From the IMG/VR virus record IMGVR_UViG_3300025909_000005: a DNA stretch of 64,000 nucleotides. The stretch is one strand, 5' to 3'. The translations under genes and the position numbers were made by a program. The notes under the pieces were generated by a model that was not told the DNA's origin, searched no databases, and saw nothing but the letters and a program-made list of their open reading frames with translations. This stretch comes from a virus (taxonomy: Duplodnaviria; Caudoviricetes). Within the stretch, counting starts at the first letter, position 1. Each line of letters opens with the position of its first letter. This document shows positions 36,842 through 44,453 of the stretch, piece after piece.

Positions 36842-38040
36842 AAATCCTGATTACGGGCTTCAACAAGAACCAGTGCACGCGAAAGTTCTACCTTCGTCAG
36901 CAGCTGAAGGTCGTGCCTTCGCACTACTCGCTGTTCAACTGCCTCGTCGACATGGGTCACGAGGTCGAGCAGCGCCAGGTAACGCTCGGTGAAGACCTGA
37001 GTGGCTACGACGAGATCATCGTCTTCATCGCGGGGCCACGCCAGCTGGTTGCCACGACGGTCTACGAGGGGCTGTGGGCCATTTCGCAGAAGCCGGGCTG
37101 CATCCTCGCTTTCGACGACTGGCAGGTTCCTGACCTCTTCAAGGGTGTGGCAAAGTGCGACCAGAAGCCTGACGAGCTCTTCGCTCAGTTCATTCTCGAT
37201 GTCAACAAGAAGACCCTCGAGGATGTCAAGCCGTACGAGCAGCAGTTCATGCAGGCGATCAGCGTGATCACCGCGAAGCAGAACCGCATGCTCATCAGCG
37301 CGTTCCAAACCGGCCATGTGTCGGGCGACGTGCATGGACCTGAGCTGCTCTTCGACAAGATCACGTATCCAAGTGATCGTCTCTTCGTCTACAACCCGAA
37401 CCCGTACCACCGCAACCGCATGTGGAACGATGAGGCCCATGAAGGATCAGAAGACCCGACCTGGAAGCCATCGTCGCTGAGCTACACCGCTCGCCCACGT
37501 CCTCCGAAGGAGGAGCGCTTCAACTTCGCCAGTCTCGTGCAGTCGAAGACACAGAAGTGGCTCAAGAAGCAGGGCTACACGGGCAACCCGAAGAACGACG
37601 AGGAAGGTGTGATCCGCGGCAATGGTCGGTACCCTTCTGCAGGTCCCAACACGACACCATTCTGGCCCGTCGACCTCTACGGCTCCAAAGCAGAGACGCA
37701 GAAGCGGCTCACCGAGGACGAAATGGTTGGCGTCATCACCCGCGACTGGGGCTGCCTCATGCCTGGCTACGAACACGCTGGCTCTGGCTGGTGGCGTGCT
37801 CGGCCGCTGCAGTGTGCTGATGCTGACTCGATCCTGATCGGTGAGGATCGTGAGCTGCGCGTCTACTACGGCGACGACTACAAGTACTTCGGTCTTGTCG
37901 CAGCGGACCTGGTTGACATGTCTCCTCAAGACCTTCACGACTGCGCCATTCACCAGAAGATCCAGCTTTACAAGTACCATCCACTCGACAAACTTCGTCA
38001 GGTGAATGAGCTTCAGACGGTTCTGGACGCGCCAAAGTGA
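36838..38040 (+). CDS. GT-B glycosyltransferase resembling T4 DNA beta-glucosyltransferase (BGT)
   Basis: MKILITG..., VVPSHYSLFNCLVDMGHEV, YDEIIVF, LAFDDWQVP, WWRARPLQCADADSILIG parallel BGT segments (TVPSSETIYLFKVISEMGLNV, YDRLIVV, LFTDIRLP, TLRVWETMASDAVMLID) as I recall them. Confidence 0.55.
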   Translation: MKILITGFNKNQCTRKFYLRQQLKVVPSHYSLFNCLVDMGHEVEQRQVTLGEDLSGYDEIIVFIAGPRQLVATTVYEGLWAISQKPGCILAFDDWQVPDLFKGVAKCDQKPDELFAQFILDVNKKTLEDVKPYEQQFMQAISVITAKQNRMLISAFQTGHVSGDVHGPELLFDKITYPSDRLFVYNPNPYHRNRMWNDEAHEGSEDPTWKPSSLSYTARPRPPKEERFNFASLVQSKTQKWLKKQGYTGNPKNDEEGVIRGNGRYPSAGPNTTPFWPVDLYGSKAETQKRLTEDEMVGVITRDWGCLMPGYEHAGSGWWRARPLQCADADSILIGEDRELRVYYGDDYKYFGLVAADLVDMSPQDLHDCAIHQKIQLYKYHPLDKLRQVNELQTVLDAPK

Positions 38041-38052
38041 TACAATGGTAGC

Positions 38053-38424
38053 ATGATCGACCTAAACCTCTACCCTCCGAAAGAAGCCCAAGTGGGCGTC
38101 TATGATGGCCACTCCTACGGCGCCAAAGGCCTCCTCGACATTCACGTCGATGAGGACTCCAATGGTGTCTTCGAGGGCTCCCGCTTCAACGGTGAGATCA
38201 TCCACCTGAAGGATGGCGACGAGGAGGTCGGCACGTTCTGTGTCGGCTACCTGAGTGTCGGCCCTGGCACGTTCTGGGTCGAGGTGCCGGTCGAGGCATG
38301 CAGCATCTACAACGAAGAACAACATGACCCAACCTACCAAGCGAAGCTTTGGTTGGCGTCAGAAGAGGGAAAAGAATGGCTGAAACAACACCCACTACCG
38401 AGGCTTCCAGGGGATCCGAAGTAA
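38053..38424 (+). CDS. Hypothetical protein
   Basis: 123 aa; TACAAT upstream. Confidence 0.65.
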   Translation: MIDLNLYPPKEAQVGVYDGHSYGAKGLLDIHVDEDSNGVFEGSRFNGEIIHLKDGDEEVGTFCVGYLSVGPGTFWVEVPVEACSIYNEEQHDPTYQAKLWLASEEGKEWLKQHPLPRLPGDPK

Positions 38425-39719
38425 GGAAGAAGGCCCTTGTCGTCGGCGCTGGCTTTGCTGGCGCCGTTGTCGCTAGAGAGCTCGCAGATACAGGTGACTG
38501 GGACGTACTCGTCATCGATGCACGCAATCACGTTGCGGGCAACGCCTTTGACTACGTGAACGAGCTGGGCATTCGCGTGCACAAGTACGGTCCCCATCTC
38601 TGGCATGGAAACTCGGACATCGCGCAGGAATGGGCGTCGCGTTTCACAGAGTGGGTTCCGTACAAGCACTACGTGACAGCTCAGCTGCCTGATGGCCAGC
38701 ACGTGCCGCTGCCAATCAACGCGAAGACGATCATGGAGGTCTTCGGCCAAGAGTTTCACAACTTCGCCATGTCGAAGCCTGAGTACTGGGCCTACCAAGA
38801 CGAGGACATTGCTGACGGCATCGGCTACCTTCCGCTCGCCTTCGAGGCGTTCATGGAGCAGCAGCGGGTCAAGTACGAGGCCGTGACAAACTCCCGTGAG
38901 CACGTCGAGTCATCGGTTGGCAAGCGACTGTGCGAGTTGTTCTTCGCGCCGTACACCAAGAAGATGTGGGGCATGGATCTCGCTGACCTTCCAACGTCGG
39001 TAGCGGCCCGCATCCCAACGAAGACCGACTCGGACAAGTACTACTTTCCGAAGGACAAGTACCAGTTCATTCCGAAGGACGGCTACACCGCACTGATCAC
39101 GAAGGCACTTGACCACCCGAACATCACGGTGAAGCTCTGCACGAAGCGCCAAGAGCTCATGCAGTACGCAGGAAGCTATGAGTACCCCTACGTTATTTCG
39201 ACGGGGTGGGACAACGTCAAGTTCGACGCCGTGTTCACGTCAGAGCCCATCGACACGTACTACAACTGCGACCTTGGTGAGCTGCCTTGGCGCTCCATCA
39301 AGTGCCACACGTACAACGTGCCAGTGCCGAAGCTACTCGACGCACCAGTGGTCAACTTCACGCACGACGGTCCACACACGCGTGCTACCGAGTGGAAGCA
39401 GATTCCAGGCCACGATTTTCCTGACTACGCGCGAGATGAATACAGCTCGAGCAAGTACTGGACGACCATCACTGTTGAAGAGCCGTGTGATTACCGCGAC
39501 AACAACATGGAGCGGTACTACCCAGTCAAGACGTCGCATGTCATTGACCCCAATCGTGAACTCTACAAGCAGTACCGTGACCGTGCCAAGAAGGACGGCA
39601 TTCACTTCATCGGCCGCTGTGGTCGCTACGTGTACACGGACATGATGCCCTGCATCAACTCGACCCTCGCTCAGGTCGGTCGTTTCTTGTCGGGTGATAC
39701 AATACCATCAGAGGACTGA
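38376..39719 (+). CDS. glf: UDP-galactopyranose mutase
   Basis: VVGAGFAGAVVA FAD motif, HVAGNAFD, VHKYGPHLWH, PYTKKMWG, RYYP, FIGRCGRYVYTDM; SD gaggg before ATG 38376. Confidence 0.9.
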   Translation: MAETTPTTEASRGSEVRKKALVVGAGFAGAVVARELADTGDWDVLVIDARNHVAGNAFDYVNELGIRVHKYGPHLWHGNSDIAQEWASRFTEWVPYKHYVTAQLPDGQHVPLPINAKTIMEVFGQEFHNFAMSKPEYWAYQDEDIADGIGYLPLAFEAFMEQQRVKYEAVTNSREHVESSVGKRLCELFFAPYTKKMWGMDLADLPTSVAARIPTKTDSDKYYFPKDKYQFIPKDGYTALITKALDHPNITVKLCTKRQELMQYAGSYEYPYVISTGWDNVKFDAVFTSEPIDTYYNCDLGELPWRSIKCHTYNVPVPKLLDAPVVNFTHDGPHTRATEWKQIPGHDFPDYARDEYSSSKYWTTITVEEPCDYRDNNMERYYPVKTSHVIDPNRELYKQYRDRAKKDGIHFIGRCGRYVYTDMMPCINSTLAQVGRFLSGDTIPSED

Positions 39720-39721
39720 AA

Positions 39722-40228
39722 ATGATGAATGACATTCCCGTTGGCTACGCACTCACGATCACCTCGTGGGAGAACGACGCCGACTGCTACAAGGACGTGA
39801 ACTTCTACGGCCTGGCCTACGAGGACGTGTGGTTCCTCATTGACCTTGCGAAGCTCTTCAAGTCGATGAACAACTACGCAGACCCAGGGTTCGGAGGCGG
39901 AGCTTGGCACTGGAAAAATGGCGAGAAGAACTACTTCAGCGACGTCTACGCTGCGATTGACGAGGTAGTTGAGAAGTACAAGGACATCAACGTCAGCTCA
40001 GAGCTCTACGGCCAGTGGTCGAATCTTCGTGCTGACGCTGAAATCGACCCAGAGTACGGAGACGACGGCTACAATCAAATGATTCAGGAACTCGTGAGCT
40101 ACCCTGAAGACGAGTACTACCGTGGGAATTACATTCGCGTGTTTGACAGCTTCAAGGTGCACTACTACAAGGCTGCTGTCGATGACTGCACAAGTGACTT
40201 CGAGGGCAAGCTGCCAGAGCCGGTATGA
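39722..40228 (+). CDS. Hypothetical protein
   Basis: 168-aa ORF. Confidence 0.7.
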   Translation: MMNDIPVGYALTITSWENDADCYKDVNFYGLAYEDVWFLIDLAKLFKSMNNYADPGFGGGAWHWKNGEKNYFSDVYAAIDEVVEKYKDINVSSELYGQWSNLRADAEIDPEYGDDGYNQMIQELVSYPEDEYYRGNYIRVFDSFKVHYYKAAVDDCTSDFEGKLPEPV

Positions 40229-40503
40229 GCAACCTTCTCTTCAACATCCGTTTTGGCTCGTACCACTGGCAGGTCCGCAGGGATCGACCATGGTTCAGCA
40301 TCAGCCATAATCCAGTGCATGATGAACGTGGACCTGGTTTCAAGTGGTTCATGGTCTACTGCTGGTTCGGAAAGCACGTGTGAAGAGCGGGCCCAAGTAC
40401 ATTCCAGGGGAATGCAGGTGCAGCAACTGCTGCAACCCTGGCCCAAAATGGGAAGCAGAGACGCGTTGGGCCCGGAACAACCGCAAGAAGAGAATCCTCG
40501 GCA

Positions 40504-41004
40504 TTGAGAAGAGGTACCGTGAACGAACAGCCTACCAACAACGAGCCTTCAGAAAAGAGTACCCTCCCCTCTTCGGAGAGAAGCGAAAGCTCCGCTCGGC
40601 CCCAAAGAAGGTCAAGAGGTTCTATCGCTGGCAGACCAGTCTCTGGCGATATCGACAGGCCTTTGCCGAGTCCAGAAGAAATCGCCTGGCGGAACAGGGT
40701 TGAAGAGGATCGCTGGGCACTCTACCAAGAGCGGCCCTACGTTGATGTGGTAGCGCGTGCCAAGCTTCGAGTCCAGCACGAGGAGTGGCTAGGCAAGCCT
40801 GTCCCTGAGTTCACCGTCATTCACACAGAAGAATACACCGCAATCGAGAGTCACTCTCACGACGATGACCTCTGGCTTCGGCTGTCAGGAAATTTTCTGC
40901 CCGACCGCCGGCTCATGATCGCAACAGAAATCTGCGACCAGCTCAATCGCATTGAGCAACAGGACCTAGAAGCAGCCCTAATCAGGAAGAAGAATGCAAT
41001 TTGA
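40504..41004 (+). CDS. Hypothetical protein (start uncertain; overlaps basic ORF 40344-40703)
   Basis: C-terminal half looks globular and abuts the kinase gene. Confidence 0.45.
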   Translation: MRRGTVNEQPTNNEPSEKSTLPSSERSESSARPQRRSRGSIAGRPVSGDIDRPLPSPEEIAWRNRVEEDRWALYQERPYVDVVARAKLRVQHEEWLGKPVPEFTVIHTEEYTAIESHSHDDDLWLRLSGNFLPDRRLMIATEICDQLNRIEQQDLEAALIRKKNAI

Positions 41005-41722
41005 CAAACCCACTCTCATCACCCTCACAGCACCAACTTGTTCAGGCAAGTCGTTCCTGCTCGAGTACCTGACAGATCAGGTCACCCCATACCGTCGCAC
41101 CGTCGTGAAGGGGTTGTGCGAGCGAATCGTCAGCACCACAACTCGAAAGTCACGAGAAGGTGAAGAGGAAGGTAAGGACTACTACTTCATCAGCGAAGAG
41201 GAGTCGATTCGCATGGAGCAGGACGGGCTGTTCGCTGAGCTCATCACGTTCCGAGGCACCCGCTACGGCGTCACAAAGGTCGAGATGGCCAAGAAGATGG
41301 CCAGCGACCGTCCGCCAATCGTGATCCTTGAGCCGCAAGGTCTGAAGATCTACGAGAAGCTCTGTCAGGAGAATGGTTGGGGCATCTACAAGGTGTTCGT
41401 CAGCACGTCTGAGCCAGTGCGAATTCAGCGCCTGAATCACCGAACCTCTCTCGACATGCAGGACGTCATTCGTCGACGCCATGAGTTCCAAGGGGACGAG
41501 CTCTTCGAAGCGATCAAGAAGGTCATCTCAACGCACACGAACCGCATGGAGTCGATCATGGGTGAAGAGCGGCGCTGGCAGGGCATGAGCGTCTGGGATG
41601 CCATTATCACGGGTGAGGACCGCATGAAGGCGATCGCTGACCTCAAGCAGGGCATCGCATGGCGGAACCAGCGCACCAAGAATCCAACTCCTTTCAATGG
41701 GTACTTCAATGACATTGCTTGA
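40994..41722 (+). CDS. Guanylate kinase-like nucleoside monophosphate kinase
   Basis: TAPTCSGKS P-loop; IVSTTTRKSREGEEEGKDYYF; RYG. Confidence 0.85.
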   Translation: MQFDKPTLITLTAPTCSGKSFLLEYLTDQVTPYRRTVVKGLCERIVSTTTRKSREGEEEGKDYYFISEEESIRMEQDGLFAELITFRGTRYGVTKVEMAKKMASDRPPIVILEPQGLKIYEKLCQENGWGIYKVFVSTSEPVRIQRLNHRTSLDMQDVIRRRHEFQGDELFEAIKKVISTHTNRMESIMGEERRWQGMSVWDAIITGEDRMKAIADLKQGIAWRNQRTKNPTPFNGYFNDIA

Positions 41723-42164
41723 AATTGTAGGCGTAGGCGTTAGCGACCTCGCGTGTCTTGGCTTTGGCGTCTGGGTCGGTGTCTACCTTGTAGGTCGCTC
41801 CATTCGGAAGCAGGCCGAGAAGCTGGTTCCTCCAAGCCTGATGGACAAGCTGCCGAGCATGGAGGAAGCGCAGGACCTCTTCAAGGACATCGACTTCAAT
41901 GACATCGCAAGTCGACTTCAGTCAGCACTTCAGCAGCCAACGGTTGTTCTAGGGCCGCAGGTACCAGCAGAGCACCCAGTCAGGCAGTTCGAGGGAGTGA
42001 TCGGTTCACGAGGGCCGAACATGATCGTGGTCGCACCGAATGGTGCTGAGTTCGCCATCACGGACGGCACTAAGGGCATGAAACCGGAGCAGCTCATATC
42101 GGGAACGAAGGTGGAAGCCCACGCAAGCGGGAACGTCCTCAAGTACGTCTTCCCGAAGAAGTAA
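41709..42164 (+). CDS. Hypothetical membrane-anchored protein
   Basis: N-terminal TM helix. Confidence 0.6.
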   Translation: MTLLEIVGVGVSDLACLGFGVWVGVYLVGRSIRKQAEKLVPPSLMDKLPSMEEAQDLFKDIDFNDIASRLQSALQQPTVVLGPQVPAEHPVRQFEGVIGSRGPNMIVVAPNGAEFAITDGTKGMKPEQLISGTKVEAHASGNVLKYVFPKK

Positions 42165-42168
42165 CAAG

Positions 42169-42195
42169 AAGCCCGATTCGTCGGGCTTTGTTTTG
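42169..42195 (+). terminator. Rho-independent terminator
   Basis: aagcccga-ttcg-tcgggctt plus T-rich tail. Confidence 0.88.
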
Positions 42196-42205
42196 CCCGG
42201 GCCTG

Positions 42206-42234
42206 TGTACATCGAACGCTATCTGACTTACAAT
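42206..42234 (+). promoter_or_regulatory. Early promoter
   Basis: TGTACA-17-TACAAT; spacer carries cgctatct, repeated at 42247. Confidence 0.75.
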
Positions 42235-42246
42235 TGCACTGTAAAC

Positions 42247-42281
42247 CGCTATCTAGCCACTAATGCTATTACCCGCGCGCT
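42247..42281. repeat. 35-bp element, inverted copy of 4251-4285
   Basis: cgctatctagccactaatgctattacccgcgcgct. Confidence 0.95.
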
Positions 42282-42296
42282 GCGCATGGAGAATGT

Positions 42297-42542
42297 ATGC
42301 CCACTCTGACGAGTTCCAGTGTCACGTACGAATTCAGCCTCGAGGAACTGACGAAGCTGATCGCAGCCGACCTGATGGTTCCCATTGACGCGATCAAGAT
42401 CGACTTCGTGCAGAAGGACTTCGCTGGCTACGGCGATCGTGGTTCTGACTTCCGCACCGTGGGTTTGAAGGTAACGGTCGACAACACGAAGATCAAGAGC
42501 GAGCCGGCTTTCGCAGAACGCGGCGGCTGGAACGACAGATGA
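42297..42542 (+). CDS. Hypothetical early protein
   Basis: SD ggag. Confidence 0.7.
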   Translation: MPTLTSSSVTYEFSLEELTKLIAADLMVPIDAIKIDFVQKDFAGYGDRGSDFRTVGLKVTVDNTKIKSEPAFAERGGWNDR

Positions 42543-42699
42543 AAGACTTTGGCAAGGCGTTCCTCGCGCTCATCGTGATCTGCATCGTTTTCGGATCACT
42601 TCTCCTCTTCGTCAAGCCGATCAAGGACCCATGTCCGACGGCCTACTACGTCCATGGCGGTTCACCGCAGACGTGCCCTCATTCCACCAGGTGAAAAAC

Positions 42700-43245
42700 A
42701 TGCGCCTCTACTCCTTCGTCGCCGGCCTCTACCTCTCGCAGCTGCAGCGCGGCCTGCAGACGGCTCACGTTCTCGGTGAGCTGAACAGCAAGTACGAGGA
42801 CCACGGTGCCAACCTGGCACGCATGGAAAAGCAGCAGCTCCTGCGTGAGTGGCAGCGCAAGCACAAGACAATCATCATCGCCAGTGCCATGACGGCCGGT
42901 GAAGTGCGCCGCCTACACGAAAAGCTGCTCACGATGACCGCCGACTGGCAGCCGTCTCCGATGCAGATGCCTGTCGCCATGTTCTGCGAGGACGTAGAAA
43001 GCGCAGACGGTATGGCCACTGCAGTTGGCATTGTCGTTCCTCAGCACTACTACGACGCGAAGTTCGTCAGCGGCAAGCTTGATCCTGCCGGGCTGGATTC
43101 CTACGTCTACACCGACGAGGACGGCAAGGAGGAGTACTACGTCAACTACCCGTACGAAGATGGCATGGGTATCATGAAGTGCGTCTCCCAGCTCCAGTTC
43201 GAGTTTGTAAAATTGATCAAGAGCTATCCGCTCGCCCAGAGCTGA
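42700..43245 (+). CDS. Peptidyl-tRNA hydrolase 2 (Pth2)-like protein
   Basis: YLSQLQRGLQTAH, W...HKTIII, FCED...TAVGIV pattern. Confidence 0.55.
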   Translation: MRLYSFVAGLYLSQLQRGLQTAHVLGELNSKYEDHGANLARMEKQQLLREWQRKHKTIIIASAMTAGEVRRLHEKLLTMTADWQPSPMQMPVAMFCEDVESADGMATAVGIVVPQHYYDAKFVSGKLDPAGLDSYVYTDEDGKEEYYVNYPYEDGMGIMKCVSQLQFEFVKLIKSYPLAQS

Positions 43246-43495
43246 GATTGTCGTGTCCAATAAATACTCCATACTGCAGATGAGCAGTATGGAGTTGACA
43301 TGACTGGAAGAGACCCTAACGACAAGGCGCCTCTGATCGCTGCCATTGTGGTGGCGGTCCTTGCATTCGCCGCGTTCCTCTTCATTGTGCACGAGGGCAG
43401 AGCTCTCTTGCCCCAGATTTCCGTAGCCCACGCTCATCTGAAGATTCAGACGCTTCACCATCCTGGTGCTAGCGCGCCAATTTAAGGAGAAAGCA

Positions 43496-43774
43496 ATGGA
43501 CAATTACGACCCAAATGACCCAGTAGTCCGTGAAGAGCGCACTGTTGTCACGCCAGCACCTGCGCCAATCGCACCAACCCCAGCTGCACCGACCGTCGTC
43601 ACGACTGGTTCTGGTGGCATCATCGCTGCCATCATCGTTTTCTTGGTAGTCGTGATCGGTGGTTGGATGTGGTACACGAACACCACGCCTACGCAGGCTG
43701 TTCACAAGGTAGAAACTTCGACCTCGAATGTCTACCACGACGCAACTGGCTCTGCAAAGCCAGCAAGCAACTAA
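43496..43774 (+). CDS. Small membrane protein with Pro/Thr-rich linker
   Basis: SD aaggag; one TM; late TAAATA at 43261-43266 upstream of the cluster. Confidence 0.7.
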   Translation: MDNYDPNDPVVREERTVVTPAPAPIAPTPAAPTVVTTGSGGIIAAIIVFLVVVIGGWMWYTNTTPTQAVHKVETSTSNVYHDATGSAKPASN

Positions 43775-43787
43775 GGAGTTCTCACAC

Positions 43788-44081
43788 ATGCGTTCCCTCG
43801 TTCTCACTGCACTCGCTGCAGCATCTCTCGCTCTCGGCGGTTGCGCCGGCATGAGCAACCACGACCAGCGCGTCCTCTCGGGCGCAGCAATCGGTGGTGT
43901 CGTCGGTCACGCCGTCCTCGGCGGTACTGGTGGTGCCGTCGCCGGTGCTGTAGTTGGTGGTGTCGTCGGCGACTCTGTTGACCGCGACGCACGTGATCGC
44001 GAACAGCGCGACCGTGACTACCGCTACAACGACTGCCGTCGTTACAACAGCGAAGAGTTCTGCCGCCGCAACGTGCGCTAA
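43788..44081 (+). CDS. Glycine-zipper lipoprotein
   Basis: Lipobox LGGC; GAAIGGVVGHAVLGGTGGAVAGAVVGGVVG. Confidence 0.8.
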   Translation: MRSLVLTALAAASLALGGCAGMSNHDQRVLSGAAIGGVVGHAVLGGTGGAVAGAVVGGVVGDSVDRDARDREQRDRDYRYNDCRRYNSEEFCRRNVR

Positions 44082-44100
44082 GCAGAACCTGCTCCAAACG

Positions 44101-44124
44101 AAGCCCGCCCCGTGCGGGCTTTTT
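44101..44124 (+). terminator. Rho-independent terminator
   Basis: aagcccgc-cccgt-gcgggctt-ttt. Confidence 0.85.
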
Positions 44125-44162
44125 CGTATGTACTTCTGGGGTGAGTGTGATAAAATCACCCT

Positions 44163-44387
44163 ATGGTAAGCGACAAATACCGCCTTCGTCGGGCGAGGAG
44201 AGGCTTTGCCTCACGACGGCTCGAGCTCCTCGGCAAGCTGTGGATGGCAGAGAACATGCTCACGCATGCGATCATCGGTCACATGGCTGGCGATCCTAAG
44301 GGAGAAGCAAAGAAGGCCGAGGCGCGAACAGAGATCGCAACGATCGAGTCCGAGCTCAACACCATCTGCCATCCCGAAAAGCCATAA
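44163..44387 (+). CDS. Hypothetical protein
   Basis: Follows TGTACT-16-TAAAAT (44129-44156). Confidence 0.6.
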   Translation: MVSDKYRLRRARRGFASRRLELLGKLWMAENMLTHAIIGHMAGDPKGEAKKAEARTEIATIESELNTICHPEKP

Positions 44388-44417
44388 GTAGCTGTTGCGG
44401 CGCGAGTCGCAATTCAG

Positions 44418-44447
44418 TTTACACGCTACATCACAGGATGATATAAT
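44418..44447 (+). promoter_or_regulatory. Early promoter
   Basis: TTTACA-18-TATAAT. Confidence 0.7.
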
Positions 44448-44453
44448 AGGCTC

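Noticed and set aside
40344-40703. Arg/Lys-rich ORF with CRCSNCC overlapping 40504-41004 by 200 nt
   Set aside because: Cannot decide which frame is real from sequence alone; not called as an overlapping-gene system
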